Positions 41,590 through 51,419 of a DNA stretch of 64,000 nt are shown in pieces (position 1 is the first letter of the stretch; the number at the start of each line of letters is the position of its first letter). Both the position numbers and the translations under genes were made by a program. Origin of the DNA: Escherichia phage myPSH2311; the sequence record MG976803.1; one strand, given 5' to 3'. The notes beneath the pieces were generated by a model, which did not search any database, was not told the origin of the DNA, and worked only from the letters and a program-made list of their open reading frames with translations.

Positions 41590-41734
41590 ACTCTACGAAA
41601 GTAGAAGGCATATAGTCTACATCATCTTTAGACGTATGACCATAAACTTGAATAAGCTTTTTAATCTTATCCTTCTCTCTTCGAGGAAGCATCCTAAATG
41701 CCTCCTGAATATCTGTAATATGTTTGATTTTCAT
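41501..41734 (-). CDS. hypothetical protein
   Basis: 77 aa ORF overlapping the previous one by 89 bp; one of the two may be spurious. Confidence 0.3.
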   Translation of the reverse strand: MKIKHITDIQEAFRMLPRREKDKIKKLIQVYGHTSKDDVDYMPSTFVECGIARGFTFDHKVFQQFVDHWRKDGKESL

Positions 41735-41750
41735 CAGAAAGCCTCTGATA

Positions 41751-42095
41751 TTAACTCTCCAAAGTTTTCTTCAGAGCTGCCCATGAGATTGGGTAGAGCT
41801 TAGCCATCTCTTCATCTACGGATTTAGCAAACACTCGAACTTCATATTGAGCGTGAGATGAGAGTCGCTGACGACACAACTCAAACCAGCCATACAAAGA
41901 ACCAGTCCACACCCACTCAGTGATCATCCCCTGAGGAAGAACAAATCGAGCTTGCTCTGGTGCAATAAATTCAATCAACTTGTCATATGTTGCTAGAGAA
42001 GCTTCATATGCATCGTTAATCAACATTAATGCTTCAGCTCGTTCTCCGTCGATGAGTTGAATCCCTGAACCTGCATGGTTTGCCCAAAATGGCAT
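41751..42095 (-). CDS. thyX: flavin-dependent thymidylate synthase ThyX, C-terminal half
   Basis: ARFVLPQG..RLSSHAQYEVR matches ThyX C-terminal conserved block. Confidence 0.6.
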   Translation of the reverse strand: MPFWANHAGSGIQLIDGERAEALMLINDAYEASLATYDKLIEFIAPEQARFVLPQGMITEWVWTGSLYGWFELCRQRLSSHAQYEVRVFAKSVDEEMAKLYPISWAALKKTLES

Positions 42096-42163
42096 TGGCG
42101 CTATAGCATGGGGCTTTTTAAATGGCCCCGCGGGTTAATGCTAATGGCGGATTTTGGCCACGG

Positions 42164-42469
42164 TTATGCATGCGTAGGGAGTTCAACTGCTCCATCTTTA
42201 TACCGCCGGGACATTTCGTTCCACGAGAATCCAACCTGATGCTTGCCCAGCTGTCTCGCAATTGCGATAGGTGCTTTGCATCGGAAACTGACTTGCGGGT
42301 GTCGGAATGGAGTACAGTGTTTTTCCCGTGCAAGGAAGTTGATAAGTTTTGTGTCTCTCTCATTTAAGTCACCTTCTCGAACAACACCGAAAGATACTCT
42401 AGCTGCATTGACTACAGATTTGTCACTACCCATTGCTTCAATCAGTGTTGCTTGTAGTTGTTCGTTCAA
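42164..42469 (-). CDS. thyX: flavin-dependent thymidylate synthase ThyX, N-terminal half
   Basis: AARVSF, HCTPFRH and KH..FSWNEMSRRY resemble the ThyX signature; separated from the C-terminal half by a filler. Confidence 0.6.
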   Translation of the reverse strand: MNEQLQATLIEAMGSDKSVVNAARVSFGVVREGDLNERDTKLINFLAREKHCTPFRHPQVSFRCKAPIAIARQLGKHQVGFSWNEMSRRYKDGAVELPTHA

Positions 42470-42908
42470 TTAAAAGTTCCTTTTTTCGATTCATGTAAAC
42501 TTGATGAGCTTCTTCGGCAGTTCCATACATACCTAGATGTATATCTACTTTATCAATACAAATAACAGCCCTATATCTAATAGTCCCTGATTTATATTTG
42601 ACAACCTTAACACCTTGAAGCCCTGTTTCCTTGTTTGATACCCTAGCCCCGAACTGGTTGTGGCAGTTTGTCGAGGTGTCCACCAATCTCAAGTTCTGTA
42701 TTGAGTTGTTCTTCTTATTTCTATCGATATGGTCTATCTGAGAAGAAGGCCACTCTCCATAGTAAAAGAACCATGCCACTTTATGAGCTTTGTGTACTTT
42801 CCCTTTAAACCGCAGGGTTATGTACTTACTTCGAGTTCCTCCTAATTTCTTACCTTTTCGAAAGAACTCTCCAGTCTCAGGGATATACTCTAAATCATCG
42901 ATTAACAT
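42438..42908 (-). CDS. HNH homing endonuclease with AP2 domain
   Basis: QIDHIDRNKKNNSIQNLRLVD HNH motif, N-terminal YIPETGEFF, C-terminal AP2-like LGMYGTAEEAHQVY. Confidence 0.8.
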   Translation of the reverse strand: MLIDDLEYIPETGEFFRKGKKLGGTRSKYITLRFKGKVHKAHKVAWFFYYGEWPSSQIDHIDRNKKNNSIQNLRLVDTSTNCHNQFGARVSNKETGLQGVKVVKYKSGTIRYRAVICIDKVDIHLGMYGTAEEAHQVYMNRKKELLIERTTTSNTD

Positions 42909-43173
42909 TCAGAGCTGTATCTAAAAATGCTTTCAGGTTTGCTTCAGTCTGCATACCAGAGAGGCTGTAGTGTGCACCACTGTTACGGTCAGGCACAACG
43001 AAAGCAGGGATACTTCGTACACCATACTTAACAGCTTGTTCACGACCATCACCTTCAAGGATGTTAATCTCTTCCACTTCTACATCAAACTCCTTAACAA
43101 CCTTCTCAAAGGTAGGAGCCATTGCTTTACATGGAGCACACTGATCACTATAAAACTTAATTACTTTAGACAT
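42895..43173 (-). CDS. thioredoxin-like protein
   Basis: 92 aa; active-site-like CAPC in thioredoxin fold context. Confidence 0.55.
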   Translation of the reverse strand: MSKVIKFYSDQCAPCKAMAPTFEKVVKEFDVEVEEINILEGDGREQAVKYGVRSIPAFVVPDRNSGAHYSLSGMQTEANLKAFLDTALNVNR

Positions 43174-43181
43174 GTAAATCC

Positions 43182-43361
43182 TTATGCAGTCAGGAGGTGA
43201 AGCAGGAACGGGATAACAACAGCTACGATAACCATGATAGTTGATGCTGTTTGAATCTCACCTTTCTTATCAGGAGTTTCTTCAATAAGCTTACCAGAAG
43301 CCCAATAAATACCACCACCAATAAAGATAGCCCAAATACCCCATACGATTGCTGATAACAT
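43182..43361 (-). CDS. small membrane protein (two predicted TM helices)
   Basis: 59 aa ORF not in track (MLSAIVWGIWAIFIGGGIYW...); found by manual reverse translation. Confidence 0.35.
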   Translation of the reverse strand: MLSAIVWGIWAIFIGGGIYWASGKLIEETPDKKGEIQTASTIMVIVAVVIPFLLHLLTA

Positions 43362-43422
43362 ATATCTATATCCTTATAAATAAGTTCGCCCCACCTCGGG
43401 TTAGGAGACAGGGCGGAGGTTT

Positions 43423-44034
43423 TTAGTAAGACACGTCACCACTTGAATGGGACATGTTGCTCTTGACGAAGTAGCAATACTTGCCAAGACCTTCATTAAT
43501 TTCTTGAAGCATACTCTGATCGACAGGGTAGGATGCTAAATCGCCATCAAACTCATCCATCTTCTCAATAATACACATCAAGGTCATGCACATATCAGAG
43601 AGCATACCGTCCATGTCTAGATCAGCATTACCCTCTGAGAACCAGGCATGGGAGAGGTAGTTAGCCGCTGTAGCATCCACCTTAACGCAGTGGTATCGCA
43701 TACGCTCAGCAATACGATCTCCTACCTGTCGTGCGTAATCTTCCAGCTCGTCAAACATACCATGAACACCCTGAAATCCTGCACCAGAGACATTCCAGTG
43801 GTAGTTTTTAGCTTTGATATGCAAGAGTTCCATGTTAGCTTGTAAGCAGCTCAGGATGTGTTCTAGGCTGTTTGCACTAATCATGCCTTGCATTGTTTCA
43901 AGGCGAGAGATTGAAAGCTCAGACCGGTCTAACATACTATAACTGTCACGACCAATCTCAGGTAAATCAAAAACATTCTTATGCATTTGGGTTTTCTCCA
44001 TCAAGTTCAACTGAGTTAGCAACATTACGTGCAA
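43423..44034 (-). CDS. hypothetical protein
   Basis: 203 aa ORF. Confidence 0.45.
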   Translation of the reverse strand: MHVMLLTQLNLMEKTQMHKNVFDLPEIGRDSYSMLDRSELSISRLETMQGMISANSLEHILSCLQANMELLHIKAKNYHWNVSGAGFQGVHGMFDELEDYARQVGDRIAERMRYHCVKVDATAANYLSHAWFSEGNADLDMDGMLSDMCMTLMCIIEKMDEFDGDLASYPVDQSMLQEINEGLGKYCYFVKSNMSHSSGDVSY

Positions 44035-44237
44035 TATTATCCATTACCTGCTGGGTAATTACGATGCAGTTTAGGCATGGTAATGCGTTTAGGCGTCTTG
44101 GGGAGGTGCCCCCAGTTGCAAGCTGATGCTGCGGGTAAATTGGCGCCATGGGAAACGCGTTAATGCGTGCCTGATGTTATCTTTTCTCATGTGTTGCTCA
44201 AGATCCCAAACAACATGAATAGCCCACATCTTTTTCA

Positions 44238-44447
44238 TTAGTAATGTACCTTTCCGCTGATATAAACACGACCAGAAGAATACTCCTTGGCCTTATGGAT
44301 GCTGATACTATTAACCACGTCACCAGTAAGCATAGTCTTTTTAAAATCTCGAGCTTGTTGACGAGTAGGGAGTGCAGTCATAGTCATACCACCTGATGCC
44401 CACTTAATCTTCGCTAACCAGAATTTTCTCATAGTGATTGGTCTCAT
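44238..44447 (-). CDS. hypothetical protein
   Basis: 69 aa ORF. Confidence 0.35.
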   Translation of the reverse strand: MRPITMRKFWLAKIKWASGGMTMTALPTRQQARDFKKTMLTGDVVNSISIHKAKEYSSGRVYISGKVHY

Positions 44448-44644
44448 TAGTAATAAACCTTACTGTTGACACAAAAAGCACCTTCACTATTCACGATAGC
44501 TTTTCCTAATGTAACCTTGTTAAGTCTAAAAGTAGACTTGTATTGGTTTTTGACCCTACGTGCGTGCTCTCGAGTATTAACAAAATCTACAGCTACTAAC
44601 TCTCCAGTCGTGTTATCATGTACACGAACAATCCACTTTTTCAT
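44447..44644 (-). CDS. hypothetical protein
   Basis: 65 aa ORF, ATGA overlap. Confidence 0.35.
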   Translation of the reverse strand: MKKWIVRVHDNTTGELVAVDFVNTREHARRVKNQYKSTFRLNKVTLGKAIVNSEGAFCVNSKVYY

Positions 44645-44847
44645 TTTACTAAACCCTTCATGTAGTCATAAAGATCATTAGAAGCTTTACCCCATTCAAG
44701 GTGCTTCTTATCCATATAACGCTTACAGACTTCTTTATTACCTTCATCACAAGTATCAAATCGATGACATGCCCGACCAAATACCATTGCTTTTAACTGA
44801 GCATCAGTAGTTAAATATTTAAGTTCTTGAAACTCTTCTTTATTCAT
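44641..44847 (-). CDS. hypothetical protein
   Basis: 68 aa ORF, overlap coupling. Confidence 0.35.
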   Translation of the reverse strand: MNKEEFQELKYLTTDAQLKAMVFGRACHRFDTCDEGNKEVCKRYMDKKHLEWGKASNDLYDYMKGLVK

Positions 44848-45381
44848 TTACACACCCTTAGATGCAACTACACCTTCAGAGTTATTATAACGACCCTTCA
44901 CTGCATAGGAGTGTTCCCCTGCATGAGAGTGCTCAAACATGACCATCTGACCAACACGCATACCAGCACGAACTCGTAAGCTATGATGCTTGGTTACGTT
45001 ATGGAATTCAAATGTCAGCTTACTACTATTAAATCCTGCATCTGCCCAACCGGCGTGAAGGTGGTTCAAACCACAACGAGCCATAGACGAACGCAGAACA
45101 AACAGACTTGAGATGTTATCTGGAAGATTAAACTCCTCCATAGAGTGAGCCAAGAAGAACTGACCCGGAGTGATAACCAAACCCTCTTCAGGAATCTTTA
45201 CTTCCTTCCACTGAAGATTCTCTTTCGCATCAATATCAACGATGCCATCAGCCTGTTCTTCAACAAGGATAGTATCGCCAATACGAATATCCACACTAGC
45301 AGCGTTAACATACTTATGCTCCGCATCCAGATAGCCATTGTCAATTACATCATGCAGTTCAACACTTCCTAGTAAACTCAT
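44848..45381 (-). CDS. dCTP deaminase / dUTPase-family protein
   Basis: 177 aa; VLRSSMARCGL and GWADAGF motifs; RBS AAGGAG. Confidence 0.6.
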   Translation of the reverse strand: MSLLGSVELHDVIDNGYLDAEHKYVNAASVDIRIGDTILVEEQADGIVDIDAKENLQWKEVKIPEEGLVITPGQFFLAHSMEEFNLPDNISSLFVLRSSMARCGLNHLHAGWADAGFNSSKLTFEFHNVTKHHSLRVRAGMRVGQMVMFEHSHAGEHSYAVKGRYNNSEGVVASKGV

Positions 45382-45498
45382 TCTTGCTCCTTAGTTATTT
45401 GTTTCCATTTAAGCGTGCATATTTTGGCTAATTTTTGGCGTAAAAGTTTTCGCCCAGTGCCTGATTGAACCGGGTCGTAATTATTGCCCGGGTAGTGT

Positions 45499-45591
45499 TT
45501 AAAATGGCGAGGAATTAACAGCTGAGTGTGGTGCATCAATAACACCATCATCAATTAATTTATGTAACTCTGGACTTCCTAGTAAACTCAT
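45499..45591 (-). pseudogene. diverged duplicate of the dCTP deaminase 5-prime end
   Basis: encodes MSLLGSPELHKLIDDGVIDA then runs into filler; compare MSLLGSVELHDVIDNGYLDA of the intact gene. Confidence 0.55.
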
Positions 45592-45600
45592 TCTTATTCC

Positions 45601-45978
45601 TTAGTTATTTGTTTCCATGTCAAAAGAGATTCCACGACCCGCTTCATCGGCAAACCGAACTGTACGGGTTTGAGGTTCTAATACTTCAGGGTTGTTAGCA
45701 ATAAAGCGATCAGCGAGACTATCTCCCAAATCTTGTTCCATACCTTCATCAGTCCAGATAACACGAGAAGGGGCGTTGATATCACCAACAGCGAAACCCT
45801 GACCAGAGAACTGACGTGCGCTAACAGTTAAGCCGTTTGGTCGACCACGAGAGGGTCTAGCCATCCATCGCTCCATAGAATCACTTGTAATACCAAGAGC
45901 TTCTTCAAAAGATGTTCTACGAGTAGGGCTTTCTCTTCGTGACTCTTGTGCTCGACGCATTGCAGGGGCTACAAACAC
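45601..45978 (-). CDS. hypothetical protein
   Basis: 125 aa; N-terminal codons may derive from the upstream filler. Confidence 0.4.
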   Translation of the reverse strand: MFVAPAMRRAQESRRESPTRRTSFEEALGITSDSMERWMARPSRGRPNGLTVSARQFSGQGFAVGDINAPSRVIWTDEGMEQDLGDSLADRFIANNPEVLEPQTRTVRFADEAGRGISFDMETNN

Positions 45979-46034
45979 CCCTTCAATTGCAAATTGGCGC
46001 CCAATTTGGCAATGATTTGCCCCGTTTGTTAAGC

Positions 46035-46949
46035 CTATGCAAATGTGCGCTTTGGCGATTGGGCCAAATTGGCCTGAAGACTAGACATAATCTGAATCTC
46101 TTCATAAGGGATTCCAAAGAATCGACTCATGTCTCGGTTAACACAATATAGAGCACTTGTTGTATCTTCAATAAGAGAAACCTGACCTAATCCATTGACT
46201 AGATGACTAACTGGCTGAGGTGTGGGAAGATATCGAGTTTGGGCCATGTATTGATGCGCAACTGCTGGAGAGGAAAATCTCAACACTTGTGAGTTAGGCC
46301 ACTTCTTGTGAACATACCTGATTTCACGACTAGAGACAACCACTGGACAAGGGGAAGTCATAGCCAAATATCCGTGAGAAGTCATGAATAAGTTGTCAAG
46401 AGTCATCGCACCACGGCACATCATAGGAAAATTATCCAATACCTCTTCAATAGAAGTAGGATAATTAAACATGAATTGGATACGAACCCCATTCCACTGA
46501 AACTCAATAATATCAGTGAATGTTAATTGAGAACCCCCAGCATAGGATTCGTTTGTAGCTTCAGCAAGAAGTGATGCATATTCAATATCTTGTGACTCTA
46601 GCCATTCCTTCACATTACTTTCAATCTCCCGTCCAAGCTCTTGCCAACGATCAGTTGGGATGAAAGTGTTTTGAGTTCTTGGTGTTTGTCCTCTGACAAT
46701 AAAGATATCAATGTCATGTGGAGCTATGTTATTAAGGACAGCATCACGAACAGCCCCACCAGTAATGATGGGACAGATACCATCTGGAATCAAGTTGTTG
46801 TTAATCAACTGTTCAATGAAGTGACGACCAACAGTGATATCAGGTTGTTGAGCAACCTTATCTTCAATTTGGTTAATCGGGATAACAATCATTTTACATT
46901 TTCCAATATAATGAAGGTGGGTCGTAAGGGTCAAATCCCGTGAGTTCAC
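46035..46949 (-). CDS. nucleotidyltransferase (Pol beta superfamily, CCA-adding/poly(A) polymerase-like head)
   Basis: [15 protein letters not shown] motif. Confidence 0.5.
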   Translation of the reverse strand: MNSRDLTLTTHLHYIGKCKMIVIPINQIEDKVAQQPDITVGRHFIEQLINNNLIPDGICPIITGGAVRDAVLNNIAPHDIDIFIVRGQTPRTQNTFIPTDRWQELGREIESNVKEWLESQDIEYASLLAEATNESYAGGSQLTFTDIIEFQWNGVRIQFMFNYPTSIEEVLDNFPMMCRGAMTLDNLFMTSHGYLAMTSPCPVVVSSREIRYVHKKWPNSQVLRFSSPAVAHQYMAQTRYLPTPQPVSHLVNGLGQVSLIEDTTSALYCVNRDMSRFFGIPYEEIQIMSSLQANLAQSPKRTFA

Positions 46950-47451
46950 ACAAGAAAAGATAAACCTTAACAGTTAAGTTAACGTCCTGTTCACAATAAG
47001 TAAACATATCTTCAGTGAAAGCATCCCATGCTTCCTCTTGCTCACCATAATCGCCCTTAAGTTCTCCTAAGAACTCACCCCACTGCTTCAAACCATGACC
47101 CCTTGGGCCACGTCTAGGGTCGCCTTTCGGATACTCAGGACTGTCACCAATACGGTCAGGTTTAAGATATCGACTAAGACATAAAGTGTCGAAGACGTTA
47201 AAACGATAGTTAATCAGATTGGGATACATCTTCTTCAGAGCACAAAGGTCGAAGTCAATAATATTGTGACCCACCAGTACATCTGCTTCTGTAAGTTTAC
47301 GAATCCCATCTTCAATTTGGTGAGGCCGATAGCCCCACCTTTCACCAGTTTCAACATCGAAGATATAAATACACCATACTTTAGTTATGTCATCGTACAG
47401 TGCATTACTCTCGATATCGAATGCAAACACTTTCTTCTTTTTCTTTACCAC
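46894..47451 (-). CDS. 3-5 exonuclease (DnaQ-like), separate from polymerase
   Basis: Exo I FDIES, Exo II HNIIDFD, Exo III YCEQD. Confidence 0.75.
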   Translation of the reverse strand: MVKKKKKVFAFDIESNALYDDITKVWCIYIFDVETGERWGYRPHQIEDGIRKLTEADVLVGHNIIDFDLCALKKMYPNLINYRFNVFDTLCLSRYLKPDRIGDSPEYPKGDPRRGPRGHGLKQWGEFLGELKGDYGEQEEAWDAFTEDMFTYCEQDVNLTVKVYLFLCELTGFDPYDPPSLYWKM

Positions 47452-48785
47452 GGTGAAGCTCCATCTGCTTGGTTGACGAGAGAAGCTGCATCCTCTCCGT
47501 TAGTTAAAACGAATGGATTATCTTCATCAACTTCAAAGTCTTCCCTTTCTACAAGTCTCCCGGTTTCACTGATATACTTAGTATAGCAGACACCTGTCTG
47601 ACCGTAGTTACGTTCTTTCAGTAATCGAATGACTGAGAGGTTCTTAGCTAAGCCATCAGCTTGCTTGTCACGCTCAAAGCCAATGATACACTGACACCAA
47701 CGCATAAGAGAACGAGAGCCAGTGAACTGCACTTCACGTACCTGTCCACCTTCTTCATGAGGAGCACCACCTGCCGGAGCATTAAGGTGAGATAGCACGA
47801 AAGCGGTAAAGTCTAATTCTTTGCACATACCAGCAAGCTCGGAAGCAATCTTACTGATTTCAGTGTTAATCTCTGAAGGTGTTAAATGGGACACCAGAGC
47901 GGTAATGTTATCAAGGATGATGAACTTACACTGGTTTTCAACTACCCAGAAACGGATACACTGTTTAATGTCTTCCCATTCATTCTGTCCGAAGTTGTCA
48001 TACAAGAAGAATTTGTCTGCATAACGAAGTGCTTCATTACGCAAATCCTCCTCATCATATTCAACATCAGGTCGGTGGAAAGGAATTGATGCCGACTTAC
48101 CAGCAATGTTCTTAACAGACATGCCTACCTTCTCTTCCAAGAAGAAGCCACCTCCATTAAAACCATGTTCTAAGCACAGATGAGCAACCAGCTCATGAGC
48201 AATGAGTGTTTTACCACTCCCTACTCCACCACCAATTGCTACCACCTCTCCCCATCGAATACCGAAGGTCATCTCATTCAGAGTCTTCCACGGATATGGG
48301 ATACCCCACTCCGCTTTCTTCAGAGCATCATCAAGGCAATCAAAGATTGTTACAGCACCAGCAGGAGATTCCCGCTTTGCTGAGTACTTGAGAATGTTGA
48401 ATAACTCTTGACCACGACCAGACAGAAGCATGTCATTCGCATCCTTAATCTCTTTCTCCACACCGTTGTATGGGAAAGTTCCTTTAGGAATACGAGCAAA
48501 CTTAACATGAGGGAATAAAGAACGACCTTTTGTTAAAGCTATCTCACCTGCATCATCGTTGTCCATGCAGAGCACAACCTCCTCAAAACCATTTACGAAG
48601 TCTCGATTACGAGACAACACAGAAGAGATTGAACCTGCACCGAACGGTAAAGAAACACATGCTGGTTTGATGTTTGTTGCATTTGTAAAAGCTGTAAGGA
48701 CATGGAAACCTGACATACAGGATAGCGGGTCTTCAAAAATGAACAGCTTCTTGTTGTACACATCTCCACGTTGAGCTTGTGCCAT
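47445..48785 (-). CDS. primase-helicase (TOPRIM + DnaB-like helicase)
   Basis: [15 protein letters not shown]; Walker [10 protein letters not shown]; no zinc-binding domain in this ORF. Confidence 0.8.
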   Translation of the reverse strand: MAQAQRGDVYNKKLFIFEDPLSCMSGFHVLTAFTNATNIKPACVSLPFGAGSISSVLSRNRDFVNGFEEVVLCMDNDDAGEIALTKGRSLFPHVKFARIPKGTFPYNGVEKEIKDANDMLLSGRGQELFNILKYSAKRESPAGAVTIFDCLDDALKKAEWGIPYPWKTLNEMTFGIRWGEVVAIGGGVGSGKTLIAHELVAHLCLEHGFNGGGFFLEEKVGMSVKNIAGKSASIPFHRPDVEYDEEDLRNEALRYADKFFLYDNFGQNEWEDIKQCIRFWVVENQCKFIILDNITALVSHLTPSEINTEISKIASELAGMCKELDFTAFVLSHLNAPAGGAPHEEGGQVREVQFTGSRSLMRWCQCIIGFERDKQADGLAKNLSVIRLLKERNYGQTGVCYTKYISETGRLVEREDFEVDEDNPFVLTNGEDAASLVNQADGASPW

Positions 48786-48905
48786 ACCAAAATTGCGTGA
48801 CGTTGGCTAATTGCTGACGTGGAATGGCCCTGGCAATTGGGATGCCCCGTGTTAGCTGCGATTTGGCGCGTTATTGGCCCCGTGTTTGCAAGTAATGCGC
48901 GGGCT

Positions 48906-49124
48906 TTATGCCGTTAATGCTGGGTTTATGCGTGCATATTGCTGTGCCAATGCGTAATGGGTAGTGCCCTTTTCGAACACTTCGTAATTCCCACAACGGT
49001 TACAACTCCCCCACTCCTCACCAGTCTCTTCGTTACGGAAGAGAATCATGTGGTTGTGGGTTTTATCACGACCATGAGAGATACATTCCTTACAACCTGT
49101 GTCTCCCAAAATGATCTTTGACAT
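48906..49124 (-). CDS. zinc-ribbon protein, probable detached primase zinc-binding domain
   Basis: CKEC..CNRC pairs; separated from the TOPRIM ORF by a GC-rich filler. Confidence 0.45.
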   Translation of the reverse strand: MSKIILGDTGCKECISHGRDKTHNHMILFRNEETGEEWGSCNRCGNYEVFEKGTTHYALAQQYARINPALTA

Positions 49125-49302
49125 GCTCTTCCTCCTTGGAATCCTTGAGCTTAGTAGAACGAACGAATTTCATCCCACACTTGTTCCTGTTCTTTCCTAT
49201 AAAAAGAAAGTTGGGTCTTGAACATCTCCACTGATGATTCAAAGTTTTTGGTTTGTGCAGCTTCAACGAAACGTTCATGTCGGTTGATTTTGCACCGTAG
49301 CA

Positions 49303-49515
49303 TTAAATACTTGGCTTCAAGTCTCCGAAGAGCCATGTGGCAATTTTATCTTGTTCTTCGTCGATATGATAAATCCAAGCGATAACAGTTTCACCTGAGT
49401 CCATCTTAACAGCAATCTGAGTACGCTGATAGAAGCTGTCTTCAGGGCTACGTTTGTTGTAACCTTCCAGACGGTCATACGGACCTTCCAGACCTGCTTT
49501 GTCAGTAGCAAACAC
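49303..49515 (-). CDS. AIG2/gamma-glutamyl-cyclotransferase-like protein, C-terminal part
   Basis: continues the 49627-49926 ORF once the filler and 110-bp duplication are removed. Confidence 0.45.
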   Translation of the reverse strand: MFATDKAGLEGPYDRLEGYNKRSPEDSFYQRTQIAVKMDSGETVIAWIYHIDEEQDKIATWLFGDLKPSI

Positions 49516-49606
49516 TTCTACACGAACAGGCTTGTTGTTATTGCTGTGTGCGAGAGAGATGCTCGGGAAGTAGGAACCACCGTAACGGAACAGATCAAAG
49601 TTGTCT

Positions 49607-49706
49607 AATGGGCCGTTTTATGCGGTTTAAAGGCCTTGACCAGTGCATTTGCCCGTTAAATGGCGTGGGGATTTCCCAGTGCGGGTGGCCAGTAAACGTG
49701 TTTTGT
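49607..49706. other. 100-bp GC-rich filler between 110-bp direct repeats
   Basis: 49497-49606 matches 49707-49816; intervening 100 bp unrelated. Confidence 0.8.
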
Positions 49707-49926
49707 CTTTGTCAGTAGCAAACACTTCTACACGAACAGGCTTGTTGTTATTGCTGTGTGCGAGAGAGATGCTCGGGAAGTAGGAACCACCGTAACGGAA
49801 CAGATCAAAGTTGTCTTCAGTCCAACCTTCACCAATTGACTTAGCACCAGCTCGGTCATTAACTAAATAGTTAGCTTGACCACGACGAAGAGAACCATAA
49901 GTTGCTACGTAAATTACTTCTGACAT
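49627..49926 (-). CDS. AIG2/gamma-glutamyl-cyclotransferase-like protein, N-terminal part
   Basis: N-terminal VATYGSLRRGQAN matches the YGSL/YGTL motif of the GGCT/AIG2 fold. Confidence 0.5.
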   Translation of the reverse strand: MSEVIYVATYGSLRRGQANYLVNDRAGAKSIGEGWTEDNFDLFRYGGSYFPSISLAHSNNNKPVRVEVFATDKDKTRLLATRTGKSPRHLTGKCTGQGL

Positions 49927-50137
49927 TATCTATACCTTTCCAGTCTTTCATGATGTTTTCAATGTAAGCACACTGCTGATCAGTGGCTCCTGTTACAAAC
50001 ACTTCTAACCCCAACTGCTCACAGAAGGGATTAAGAATCAATATTCTGGTTTGCCCATACGAGTGATGCTCTCGGTAGATAACACACCCAGCATCCCATA
50101 CAGAATCAATGGCTTTACTCAATCTTTCATGTTTCAT
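49871..50137 (-). CDS. hypothetical protein
   Basis: 88 aa ORF between the triplicated array and the GGCT-like gene. Confidence 0.4.
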   Translation of the reverse strand: MKHERLSKAIDSVWDAGCVIYREHHSYGQTRILILNPFCEQLGLEVFVTGATDQQCAYIENIMKDWKGIDNVRSNLRSNLWFSSSWSS

Positions 50138-50190
50138 AAAACCTCCAGCTTATCCGAACTAGCCTCCTCTTTCGAAGAGGCTAAAGCAGA

Positions 50191-50376
50191 TTACTCTGTA
50201 ATAAAGATTTTGATTACACCACAGATTGCTGCACTCTCAAATACTGCAACAGCTTCACTCCCCTGAAAGAAGGCCACTTTGCCGTCAGAGAAGTTAAACA
50301 TGTCAGCATCTAGGTCCATAGCTCGCATATCACCAGCGTCGTTAGTATCTTTAAACAGAACTTTATACTTATTCAC
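50191..50376 (-). CDS. small acidic protein C, copy 3
   Basis: 61 aa MNKYKVLFKDTND..., ends in Glu; identical to copy 2. Confidence 0.5.
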   Translation of the reverse strand: MNKYKVLFKDTNDAGDMRAMDLDADMFNFSDGKVAFFQGSEAVAVFESAAICGVIKIFITE

Positions 50377-50621
50377 AGATAGGTCACTCCTTTGTCTTGT
50401 TGTGCTTCAGAGATGATACGTTCTACACATTCCATAGAATACTTATCACCACGTTTCAGGAAAGTCACAATTGCAGAGAATTGATTACCAATCATTCGCT
50501 GATTAGTAATACCCCACTCCTCACACAACTTACGCAACTCTTTACGAGAGCCTACAATCAGAGGCTCTTTTTGTTCCATCATTCCATTTTGTACTAGATC
50601 TTCCAATGAAAACATATCCAT
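50373..50621 (-). CDS. small protein B, copy 3
   Basis: 82 aa MDMFSLEDLVQNG...; ATGA overlap with gene C. Confidence 0.5.
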   Translation of the reverse strand: MDMFSLEDLVQNGMMEQKEPLIVGSRKELRKLCEEWGITNQRMIGNQFSAIVTFLKRGDKYSMECVERIISEAQQDKGVTYL

Positions 50622-50627
50622 ATATCC

Positions 50628-51419
50628 TTAGTAGTTTACAACAGTGCCATCGTTCAGGGTAAGGCTATTAATCTGCAACACACGACCAAGCTGACGATCA
50701 CTAATTGGTGCGTTCCATCCAGAGCGGTAGAAGTTACGACCACAGAAGAACAAGATCACATTACTTGCTACAGTCGAACCGTTTTCAGGATGCTTGATGT
50801 TAGCGATATAATAACCACGACGCAGATTACGACGGGTTACAGGGTTGATCTCTAACCCTTGCTCTTCAACTTGCATTGTTTCAGGAACAGGTTCCGAAGA
50901 TTCTTCAGCAACTGGCTCGGAGCTTTCCACTGACAGTGCGTAATCCTCATCACCTGCTGGTGAAAATGTTTCTTCCACTTCTTCAACAGGAAGTTCGTAT
51001 GCAACACGATAGTCAGGCTCAACACCAGAGAAGCTCTTAACAAACTCAACAATATTGTGAGTATAGGTTTCCAGAGTTGTTCCAGTCAGTCCCGGAGCTG
51101 TGTTAACTTCCAGAACCCAAGCGTTAGTATTTTTACTAATCAGGTCAACAGCACCAAAGTTCAAACCCAGAGCAGATACAGCTTTGTGAGCTTGAATCAA
51201 AACCTGATCAGGAGGCGCATCTTGGAAGTTTGAGGAATAAACCCAACCAGTGTGATGATTTCGAACGTCTTCACGATAGGAAGGATCTTCACGGTAACCA
51301 TTACGACGAATCTTCTTCTGAACGTAAGTGATAACACCTTCGAATACATGAACACGCCATTCACGATTGGTGAACGATAAGGGAAAGGTCCTTGGCCATA
51401 GCGTGGCGTATGCATGCAT
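50628..51419 (-). pseudogene. ATP-grasp ligase 3-prime half, truncated copy
   Basis: starts within filler and joins ATP-grasp at REWRVHVFEG; retains EVNTAPG motif; lacks N-terminal ATP-binding half. Confidence 0.55.
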
